Shown in pieces: positions 38,766 through 49,841 of a stretch of DNA of 64,000 nt (position 1 is the stretch's first letter; every line of letters begins with the position of its first letter). The position numbers and the translations under genes are program-made. The stretch lies in assembly GCF_001194135.2 (NCBI RefSeq), contig NC_068999.1, forward strand, positions 45,146,889-45,210,888, in the 5' to 3' direction. Under the pieces are notes generated by a model. The model saw only the letters and a program-made list of their open reading frames with translations. It ran no database searches and had not been told where the DNA came from. The DNA comes from Octopus bimaculoides (taxonomy: Eukaryota).

Positions 38766-40566
38766 AATTACACATTACAGACCTAAACACATAATATTTG
38801 AAACACTAAATGGTACGGGTATGACTGGAATACTTTTCATAATAGGTCTGTTCATTGAGTGCTTACTCGGGGTTAAGAAACAACAGCCCTGTAAAAGTCT
38901 TTTGCAGTATCTGTTTCTTTAGGCTTCACATATGTTGCATACCAAGCTTTTGAAATCCAATTTTTCACTCTGTACGTCCTTCTTGCCTTATGGTTTAATA
39001 TTCTGTCATATGATGTGGATTGCATTAAGTTAAGAAAGATGAAAGGCAAGTTGGGAAGAAATCCAATCTATATAGAGAAGAACGCACAAGAAACTGATAT
39101 GGCTTCATCATAAATATTAACATTCCATGCAAAGGCACACAAAGCTGGTGAAATTCTTTCAAATACAAAGACAATTTACCAAATGTGATTGAGGAATAGC
39201 TTATGGTTGGGAAATATCAATAATACTTTTAATGCATCGAGAAATATCCAACAGCACCAAAAATATAGGTTATTGTTGTTGGTTTTTAACCTTGAGACCA
39301 GCCCTGATCCAGCAGACCTAAGATCAAAGTCAGTCCAGCTATGACCATCCCATCGTTTTGCTTGTCAAACATAGTGTATCTAGGTTTACATTATCTAATG
39401 TCCCCTAGCCTGTTTTATTCAATAAGGTACAATACTAAGGATTTCTTAGCACTGAGGGGGTGGGTCAAACATATTGCCCACAAGACAGATCCTACCTACA
39501 GAAATGCTTAGTTTGAGACCTTCGATTCAGGTTTATGAAATAGATTTTCACTATTTTTTGTTTGTTTTTTTTTTCTCATTTTTAAGCATTCTGTAAAATA
39601 TATAAAGCTAAACATTACAAGCATGTTCCCAGAGTCAACGCCTGACTAAATCCATAATTAATACAGATTCCAATTAATCGAATAAGTACACCCACGGGAA
39701 TCATGTTATCTCAACAAATGAAAATGAAGATTATGAATCCACACGATGACATGTGACCTATTTCCCTTTCACTTTGTCTCCCTCCACAGGACAAGCCAAA
39801 TGGATATTTGGGGGAGGGGGGTTTTGAATATTTTTCATTCATTGTTTTTTGCTTTTTTCTCCAAATTTGTGTGTGTTTGTCCAACAGGATTCTAGTAGCA
39901 TAAATGATGTTGACAGATTTTGCAGTAGAGAAACTGCAAGCTTTCTGTCAAGCATTACTCTTCTAAAGAACTGCAGGTATTCATTTGGAAAATTCTTATC
40001 AGTTCTCACTCAAAGGACATTTACTCAATAAGAGTATACGCCCTCATATGGAAGAATTTTTTTTTCCTCTCCAAACACATCTCTGCATACAATTTTTGCA
40101 AACACCTCATATCTTTCTTTTATTTATTCTGAATAAAGTCCTCATAATGCATACTGACCCCTTTTATCCATTATTATTTTTATCTTTTTTTTTTGTATCT
40201 ACACCACGAATAAGGTTTTTAAAAATAATTGTACCTATCCAGCCGACAAGATCTAGTTTCTGCTTGAATCCAATCCACAAAACCAAACAAGTTAGCCATC
40301 CCAGCATTACCAGTTGAATGACTAAACAGAAGGTTCCCTTACTGGCTCGCAAAACTCTATGAAAGTAAACCAACCGTAAATTTCTCTAATGACATAATTT
40401 TAGTTTCTCTGAAGCAGAATAGCAACGTTTCTTTTATGTGAGATGAAATAGTCAGGTACACCTCAGTAGCAACAATATTTTACAGGTATGATACCCAGCA
40501 GATCTAAAAACACAGAACAGCGAGGTTATGGTAAAGTAGTCAACTTTGGTACTTAACAGTCAAAAT

Positions 40567-40844
40567 AAGTAGTTCTCAACAAGGGTCCATATGGCTCTAG
40601 AGGGTCCACATGATTCTTGATTGTCCATATAAGATTTTGATCTTAAAATTTATCTGCAATAATTTGGTTACATTTCTTCATTACACAAAATATATTAACA
40701 ATATTTTATGTACAGGTTTCTAATAATATTTGATTATGAAAATAATAATAGAAAATTTTCATACATAGAATGGGTTATTAGGGTCCACTTGAATAAAATA
40801 GGAATCAAAAGGGTCCATAGGTAGAAAATGGTTAAGAACCACAA
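40567..40844. mobile_element. hAT-type MITE
   Basis: Ends agtagttctcaac ... gttaagaaccac resemble CAGTGGTTCTCAAC hAT TIRs; four subterminal gggtcca motifs. Confidence 0.6.
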
Positions 40845-41232
40845 GTCGAAACCAAAATTCTAAGAAAGGAACCAAAACACCATGAACAGTCACTTAACTC
40901 TTTCGTTACCAATCTGACTGAAACTGCCTCTGGCTCTGTAGCACAAATGTCTTGTTTTCATAACTTCTGAATTAAAATCTTCCACCAAACCTTAGTCACA
41001 ATTTATGTTCCCAACACTTGCTGAATGATAACTAAGTTATTTTACTAAATTCTTTGTTATATTTAAAATTAATTGAAATAAACACAGAGCATCTCAACAG
41101 AATAAGTATGATGCTTAACAGAAAATAAGTACTGGAGTTGATGCATTCGACTAAAAATTCATGGCGGTGGCCCAGTATGGCCACAGTCTACTTTAAAAAT
41201 AACAACAACAAAAAAATATTTTCTATAATATA

Positions 41233-41567
41233 GGCGCAGGTGTGGCTGTGTGGCGGCTAGCTGGCAGAATCATTAGCACGCCGGGCGAAATACTTAGCAA
41301 TATTTCGTCTGCCGTTACGTTCCGAGTTCAAATTCCGCCGAGGTCGACTTTGCCTTTCATCCTCTCGGGGTCGATTAAATAAGTACCTGTTATGCACTGG
41401 GGTCGATGTAATCGACTTAATCTCTTTGTCTGTCCTTGTTTGTCCCCTCTATGTTTAGCCCCTTGTGGGCAATAACGAAATAAGAAGCTTGCTTCCCAAC
41501 CAATTCATGGCAGTGCCCCAGTATGGCCGCAGTCTAATGACTGAATCGGGTAAAAGATAAAAGATAA
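41233..41567 (+). mobile_element. SINE family B (41252-41480) nested inside a family A element
   Basis: The family A head ggcgcaggtgtggctgtgtgg is interrupted by a complete B copy and resumes at taagaagcttgcttcccaacca. Confidence 0.8.
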
Positions 41568-42207
41568 ATGATGTTGTCAATTTTTATAATAATCTGACCA
41601 CAAGTAAATACACTATAAGCATTTAAGTATACAGAGCATCTTTTTAGGCACTAGCTTTTCAGTCATTACAGAACTGAGGTTTTGACATAGAAAACTTTCA
41701 GAAAGATGTCAAAAGGAATTAATTAATACAGGATAAAGTTTGAAACAGTCTCTATGACGAGGTGCACAGAGTTGAATCAAATAACATGCCAAACAATTAA
41801 TACTTTCCAGCAACAAAATAAGATGTTATAAGCAAGACACATTCGTTCATTATTAACGAATATAAGGTGACCAATGTGGAACAGTTGTACTTGTTTTGAC
41901 ATAAACATTACAAGACGCAATATAAATGAACAGCAGTCTTTCCCCCACTCCACCTCTCCATCTCTTTTCTCAATTTCATAACCGTCTGCAAGATATTGAG
42001 AAAGAGACGAAGAGAAATGGAACGAAACTTGTGTGTTGTGTTAGCACAACGGATTTGAAACAGCAATGAAATAAACGTAACAATTACAGGAAATGTGTCA
42101 ATGTAATTTCAGCTTACATATTTAACAACCGTGTTAAGAGGTTAAAATATGATGTAACTAAAAACAAAGGAATGTATATTATGTGTACGTGCATGTGTGT
42201 TTATATA

Positions 42208-42424
42208 TACAAGAGGGTGTGGAAAAGTCGCCGCCTACAAGGGTATCGTGAAAGGCCTGGTTGGAGGACCAACCTTCTGAGTTCTTTTACAGAGCTTTGA
42301 AAAACTGAAGGACTGCTGCAATAAGTGTGTGAATCTGAGAGAGTAATATGTAGAATAAAATCATAATTAACTGATTCTCCTGTGTTTTCTTTTACCCAAA
42401 GCCTGGAACTTTTCAGCCACCGCC
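42208..42424 (+). mobile_element. Mariner-derived non-autonomous element (same family as 15491-15698)
   Basis: Shares gtgaaaggcctgg, gaaaaactgaa, gaataaaatcat and aaagcctggaacttttcagc; reads KCVNLRE*YVE*. Confidence 0.75.
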
Positions 42425-42893
42425 CCCCCACCCCCACCTGATACATACACATACACAAACACACACACATATATACTCTGTTTAACCCATGCATTATCTA
42501 ATCCTTACACCGTCTAACCGATGCAAGTATGGAAAAGCAGACATAAAGACGATGATGATGATGATAATGATGGTGTGTGTGTGTGTGTGTGTACTCTTAT
42601 ACATCTCTACATATAAACCATACAAGTCAGGTTTCAGAGGTGAATATATTCGTTTAGCCACTGGTCATCCTCAGGGTTACAGCCGTTTCGCACCCTTATT
42701 CGTGTAATAATAATTTCAGTGTATGATAAATTGTGTTTACATGGTCTACAATAATATGCATGCTACACATTATACAAACCAATTCTATAATCACACAACA
42801 ATACAAATAAAGAAATCCAGCTCATCAGATCATCATGGTTACATCCATGATTCACCTCTATAACAATACGTACAAAAGTTTCAGTTTATATAC

Positions 42894-42937
<44 letters not shown>

Positions 42938-42964
42938 TTCAAAAAAAACGAAAAAGACAAAAAA

Positions 42965-43140
42965 CAACAACAAAAACAACAACGTGAGGACGTGATACAG
43001 ATTGTGTTACTAGACGCTCGGAGAAGGAAAGAGAGAGTATGACGTTTCTAGCGGAGCTCTTCGTCGGAAACAAGGAAAGTCCAAAGAAGGGAAAAACGGA
43101 GGAAGAAAAAATCGCCACCGATGTCCACGAGGTTACATTA
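42965..43140 (-). mobile_element. Probable second PLE terminal-repeat fragment with degenerate hammerhead
   Basis: Minus strand tttCCGACGA-AGAGC-TCC-GCTA-GAAACGTCATA at about 43037-43070 is one substitution from a CTGANGA core with a short stem II. Confidence 0.5.
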
Positions 43141-43800
43141 TATAATTATTCAATATTAACGGTTTTGTATTAGAAAACCAAGAATTTATACAAGGCTGTA
43201 AAAGAAGTGCTCAAACTAGTTGAGACATAGGTACAAAGTTAATTGCAGAAAAACCGTTAGGTCATCGACTCAAAAAGCCATAGCCCACCAATGACCACAT
43301 ATAAGTACAACATAGACCACAGAACCAAATTAGTAAAGGGAAGTTAAAATTTTTATACATAAGAATAAAAATCGATTAAAAATACAATCGAATAATATAA
43401 ATAAATAAACTGCAATTAAAAAGTTGATTAAAAATATTAGAGACCGGTACAAATACAGTAGAATAAAAAAATATATATATATAGAAAAAATATAGAGAAA
43501 AAAATACATAGGGAAACGTAACACAACAGTTCATTCGCTGAGGCCAATAGCCAACAAAAGAAGTTCAAGATAAATAGTACGAAAGTTCAACTACCTGCCT
43601 CATGACAGCAAATTTAGTAGGTAAAATCCAATTTCATAAACAGGAATACCGAAGTGCACGGGACGAAACAACAACAGAACATCCAATGTGTGGCAAAGTA
43701 AAATCCATATTTCAACATTCCGCAGGTAACATCAGTAAAGTCAAACCATAAACATCATTTACAGTGGATTACGAGTATAGGTGGAACACAAACACAGAAC

Positions 43801-43880
43801 ACCTATGGCCATTTCGGGGGTATATCACCGTATTTAGGGCACAATAGAGCACTAATTAGTGATAACCCCTTCTTCAGGGT
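43801..43880 (-). ncRNA. Minimal type I hammerhead ribozyme (PLE-associated)
   Basis: Minus strand: ACC-CTGAAGA-A-GGGG-TTATCAC-[30 nt]-GTGATA-TA-CCCC-C-GAAA-T-GGCC-A-TA^GGT. Complete core, stem I ACC/GGT, long stem II, 2-bp stem III with palindromic GGCC loop. Confidence 0.72.
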
Positions 43881-44153
43881 AAAAAAGACACACAGACATC
43901 AACGAAGTCACCAGCCAAAAGAATTATAATTATGAGAGCAAGCTTAAGTAAATAATAAAATGGACTAGACCAAAAAAAAAAAAAAATCTAATTTTTAGTA
44001 TACCCTTTAGAATAGTCAGGCAGGTTTGGTAACAAAAACTATTAGGTTTCAAATCCAACGTAAGCCATGATGAAAAATAAATAAAAAATAAATACTACCA
44101 TTGTATCCATATTTTTATTATTATTTTTATATCAATATTTTTGTTTTTTTATT

Positions 44154-44904
44154 TTAATTTTTATTTTTATCATTACCATTACTACTACCATTATTACCAC
44201 TACTAATACTATTATTTTTGTTCTTATTTCTATTTTTATATAGTTTTAGGAAAGTGGAGGAAAATTTATGATTGCAAAAAGGGATTACCTCGATAAACTT
44301 ATTCAAGGTTTTCNNNNNNNNNNNNNNNNNNNNNNNNNNNNNNNNNNNNNNNNNNNNNNNNNNNNNNNNNNNNNNNNNNNNNNNNNNNNNNNNNNNNNNN
44401 NNNNNNNNNNNNNNNNNNNNNNNNNNNNNNNNNNNNNNNNNNNNNNNNNNNNNNNNNNNNNNNNNNNNNNNNNNNNNNNNNNNNNNNNNNNNNNNNNNNN
44501 NNNNNNNNNNNNNNNNNNNNNNNNNNNNNNNNNNNNNNNNNNNNNNNNNNNNNNNNNNNNNNNNNNNNNNNNNNNNNNNNNNNNNNNNNNNNNNNNNNNN
44601 NNNNNNNNNNNNNNNNNNNNNNNNNNNNNNNNNNNNNNNNNNNNNNNNNNNNNNNNNNNNNNNNNNNNNNNNNNNNNNNNNNNNNNNNNNNNNNNNNNNN
44701 NNNNNNNNNNNNNNNNNNNNNNNNNNNNNNNNNNNNNNNNNNNNNNGTGGACAAACAAAGTCCGCCGAGAGGACATAAAGAAGGGTCCCTACAATTACAT
44801 AATTTTTTACGGCCACCCTTAATGTCATTTCCAACATCATTAACCGCCCTCAGAAATTTATTCTTATCAACCATTCCACTTATCTCATTCCCAGATTTAG
44901 GCAT
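44154..44904 (-). pseudogene. PLE polyprotein C-terminal remnant (GIY-YIG endonuclease region mostly inside the N gap at about 44314-44746)
   Basis: Pre-gap MPKSGNEISGMVDKNKFLRAVNDVGNDIKGGRKKLCNCRDPSLCPLGGLCL; post-gap KTLNKFIEVIPFCNHKFSSTFLKLYK...*. The GIY-YIG residues themselves are not visible. Confidence 0.72.
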
Positions 44905-45319
44905 AATCCAAGGGAATGAAGAGCCCGTTCCACCATCGTCGTGTGGTTTACAGTTGGTTTTATGAGAAACAGGGTTTCCCTGAGACGGACATTCGCATAG
45001 CTTTAACTTATTTATTTTATTCCTATTTAAATTTTGCGTCCATTATTGCCTCTTATATATATATATATTTTTATTCTACTGTATTTGTACCGGTCTCTAA
45101 TATTTTTAATCAACTTTTTAATCGCAGTTTATTTATTTATATTATTCGATTGTATTTTTAATCGATTTTTATTTTTATGTATAAAAATTTTGACTTCCCC
45201 TTACTAATTTAGTTTTGTGGTCAATGTTGTACTTCTTATATGTGGTCATTGGCGGGCTACGGCTTTTTGAGTCGATGACCTAACGGTTTTATTCTGCAAT
45301 TAACTTATATATATATATA

Positions 45320-45385
<66 letters not shown>

Positions 45386-46599
45386 CATACATATATACAT
45401 ATATATGTGTGTGTATATATATATACATACATACATATATATGTATGTATGTATGTATGTACTTGTGTGCAGGTGTATACTATAAACACACATATGTCCA
45501 TATGTGTGTTTGTGTGTAAAACAAACATGCAAGAGAGTGGAAATGTTATTTGCCAATCAAAGAGATGTTGATTTCAACTTGATAAAGTGAAACTAGAAAC
45601 TAGAACTAGTGCAAGGGGAACGGTTGGGTGGAGCGGGTTGACCTGGGGGGACAGGGGGGTGGGAGAAGGGCTGCTGCTACCAGTAGCAGCAATGTCAATA
45701 TCAGGAATCAGAAGAAATCTCATCAGTAGTGCATGTGTATAACCATTGCTCAGATCAACTGGCACCACTGTAAGACACTCTAGCAGACAGTGTCAGTCTA
45801 TCTCTTCTGAAATTAGTTTAGGCGAACGTTCTTTTATCTGGCAGTGGAAAAATTCTTCATCAGGCCAGGAACAAAAATGTCTATGAGATAAAACTAATGG
45901 AACAACATCGGCCACTAAAAGTACTTCTTTTTCCCCCGACATCTTATTTTGATAGAGTTTACAATATTATCAAATTGAATTATTTCATCATAACCCTATC
46001 TCCCACTGTCTCTCTCAGTCTGTCTCTTGCTATCTATCTATCTCTCTATCTATCAATCTATCCATCTTTCGATCTTTCTGCCTATCAGAATCTCCTGCAT
46101 ATACAGCCTTTCAATAATTAACTCTGCATTTCTTGTGATAATGAAATAGCAGACAATCAACTCTGGTTATGTACAACTTCAAAGAAACTCCCTCTCTCTC
46201 TCTCTCTCTCATTCAACTAGCCTCTTTCCTTGGAGTTTCAATCAATTTTGGCAGTGGCGGGGGGAGGGCACCAAATTTTCTTATAATCAATAACCCAAAA
46301 AGATAAAGAATTTCTGAAATTGATAACTTGTTTATTAAACGCCTTTGGGATCAAAGCAAAACAAGGATCCGCAAACCCTCAGACAGGGAGGTCAATGATT
46401 TTTCAGAGTATTTTTAGTGTTAGCATGCAAAACTTATTGGAAGATATTATTGGTTTCTTACATAACGCTATACAAAATCTTTATACATATAATAAGTTAA
46501 CCTACATAGCTAACTTTTATGACAAATCTCTATACTCCAAGAAAAACATTCACAATACATACATACACACACAGACAAACACTCACTCATACACACATG

Positions 46600-46641
<42 letters not shown>

Positions 46642-48378
46642 AATGTGTATTGCCAGTGCTGTTGGACTGGCTCCTGTGCAGGTGGCACGTAAAAGCACCC
46701 ACTACACTCTCAGAGTGGTTGGCGTTAGGAAGGGCATCCAGCTGTAGATACTATGCCAAATCAGATTCGAGCTTTGTGTAGCCATCTGGTTCACCAGTCC
46801 TCAGTCAAATCGTCCAACCCATGCTAGCATGGAAAGCAGACGTTAAACGATAAAGATGATATATATATATATANNNNNNNNNNTAGAGGCAAGGTGACTG
46901 AGTTCCTTTCAAGCGTTGGGCCTCATAGAGGCAAAGTTGGCAAGTTCCTTTCGAGTGTTGGGCAATGACCAAGACCTTTGGCATTATGTCATGCTTGAGA
47001 AGAAGACCCATCAAGCTGAGCAAAATCACAATCGTAACAGATACCGGTGGCACGTAGAAACACCTATTACACTCTCAGAATGGTTGGCATTAAGGAAAAG
47101 CATCCCGCTGTAGAAAACCATGCCAAATTAGACTGGTGCCTGGCGCAGCCTCCCAGCATGCCAGCCCAGTCAAAACATGCAATCCATTGCCTTTCCCTTG
47201 GATAACATCAGTGGCATGGAAAGGTGAGGCTGGTATGCATGGGTGACTGCTAGTCTTCCATAAACAATCCTGCCCAGACTTGGGCCTCGGAAGGGAACCT
47301 TCTGGGTGCAATCCCATGGTCATTCATGACCGAAAGGAGTCTTTATGTGCATGTATTGGCTTCCACACAGTTTCCATTGCCCAAATTCACTCATACGTCC
47401 GTGGTCAGTTATGGGGCAATAGCAGAAGGTGCTTACCCAAGGTTCCGTGCAGTAGAACTGAACCAAAAACCGAAGACCACTTCATTGTGGAACAAACATC
47501 TTGGTCACATCACTATGAATGGTTTCCTCTTTTTTTTTATTCTTTCCCCTCCCCCACCATTTTCTTCAGCCTAATAAATGCATTTGAATGCCTAGGTTTG
47601 TCCAATGAGCATGGCTCTTTTACTGCAATAGTTCTTCCATAAGAGCGATTAGGTCAGTCTATAAAATGCCCCAGGAATGAAGTTCCATTTCACACCCCAT
47701 AAACCAATAAACCGATTGGAGTGCCAGCCAGCCAACAAGTCAACCTGCCAGCGAGTGAGCAACACAACAGATGAAATCATGTTCAACGAAGTTGGTTGAA
47801 TATTAAATTTAACTCGTCTCACTTTCCAACACAAGAAACAAAAATTTAGTCAATTGCTGAGGGGTTAACTGCAGCCCCCAAAGATAGCTTCAACGCATAT
47901 TTCTCATATCAACATTAAGTGAATTAAGCACAAAAACAGATTTAATGTGGTGAGAGGAGCATGATAACTTGAACTAATCAAGACTGAATGTTGATAGTGA
48001 GAAGAGGCAAACATTGTTGAGCAATGATTAATTAATTCAACCAAACAAAGCAAGGGAGGTAACTCAAAACCAATAATTTTTATTTTTTTTTGCAAAATCA
48101 ATTGAGGCATTAGTGTGTGTATTAATCAATATGGAAAATATTGATACAGAATTATCTGAAACAGAAGATCTTTGACAATTGTTTCTCTTTCCTGGTACTG
48201 TTCTTTTTTAATGTTGTTGTGTGTTTTTGCAGATTCCATGTTCATAGTTCTTAAATTCAGGGTTGATCCAAATGGCTGTACAGCCATTCTTCAAAAACTG
48301 ACTTTATGTATTGCTAAATGAAAATAAATACAGTATCTCGGTTTTCGAACAACTCTGATTGCAAATTAAATCATGCGT

Positions 48379-48420
<42 letters not shown>

Positions 48421-48423
48421 ATT

Positions 48424-48749
48424 ATAAGGGCAAAAGAAAAAGATTTCTATGCCAATATGCTGAGAAATAGACTTTAAATTGTCAATCATCACATACAATA
48501 TATATCACTATAAATACACATCGTGTTGAATTGAGGAAAGCAAGCAAACGGAATTTTTTTAAAATGTATAATCTCTAAATTGAACAATTTCGGGATTAAT
48601 CCAACAGATATTTCCACTCATTAGTAGAGCTTGTTTCCTCAATTCAACATGATGTGTATTTATATTGATGTATATTGTATGTGGTGATTGACGATTTAAA
48701 GTCTATTTCTCAGCATATTGGCATAGAAATCTTTTTCTTTTGCCCTTAT
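48424..48749. mobile_element. MITE with ~120-bp inverted arms
   Basis: ataagggcaaaagaaaaagatttctatgcc...gaggaaagcaagc (48424-48545) is inverted at 48629-48749 with an ~83-nt spacer. Confidence 0.8.
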
Positions 48750-49229
48750 TTATAATTGTTTATAATTTTCACCTTAAAATGTATTTTGATATGTCAGCCG
48801 CTTGATGAAATTTTTTTGAAAAACTTTTATCCTATATTAGAAATATCGATATCGATATAGATATAAAGCACGTTGTATTCATGAGCAGAGGCATTTGTAA
48901 ACTGAGGCCCTACTGTATTAAATGAATATGAGAAAGACAGGAGATAAAGTACAATTTACTCGTGGTCAGAGTTGTTCGAAAACTGAGGTTCTACTGTATT
49001 AGTAAATTCCAAAATCAGTATATTAGTGTCTCTGACAAAGTTTGAACTTGTAACTATGAGTTTAATAACTGTGAATTTTCACTTAGAAGTGTACTGCTTT
49101 ATTATATTTCATTTTTACGTATCTATCAAAAAAAAAAAAAAAACAATTTTATAACTTTAAAACACTTTTACACTATTGAAGTTAAAAACTTGTGGTGTAA
49201 GTTTGAAGTTTAAAAATCTAGAAAAAAAA

Positions 49230-49259
49230 GAATGCATATTATGTATGTATGTATGTATG

Positions 49260-49314
<55 letters not shown>

Positions 49315-49319
49315 GTATG

Positions 49320-49383
<64 letters not shown>

Positions 49384-49464
49384 TACATACATACACAAAT
49401 AAAGATATACATATAATGCATACATATATATACCTATATATAATACATGTATATATATACCTAT

Positions 49465-49509
<45 letters not shown>

Positions 49510-49810
49510 TATATATATCTATGTATATACACACAAATATATCTATATATCTATACACACATATATATATATCTATATATCTATACACACATGTATGTCT
49601 ATATACACATAAATATAGATATATACTTATATATATATACATATATACACATGCATATATATACTCATCCATACACACAATTATACATACCCAAACACAT
49701 ATGTACATATATAAACACATATATGTGTGAGTGTGGATGTACGTATATATGTACATATTTGTATATGTGTGTGTGTGTGCATGCATGTATGTGTGTGCAT
49801 AAATGTGTAT

Positions 49811-49841
<31 letters not shown>

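Larger units (their letters stand above)
43140..45306 (-). mobile_element. Penelope-like retroelement (PLE), 5'-truncated, with inverted terminal repeat
   Basis: ORF remnant with RKKLCNCRDPSLCPLGGLCL (cysteine motif preceding the PLE GIY-YIG endonuclease), C-terminal TLNKFIEVIPFCNH after the gap, hammerhead motif in the 3' region, and inverted repeats 43236-43483 / 45054-45306. Confidence 0.8.

Noticed and set aside
42821-42828. Minus-strand CTGATGAG as the 5' half of a hammerhead pairing with GAAAC near 42685
   Set aside because: Stem II gives only 2 bp and stem I only 1 bp.
48233-48320. Plus-strand acceptor followed by SMFIVLKFRVDPNGCTAILQKLTLCIAK*
   Set aside because: Unrecognised peptide with no supporting partner exon.
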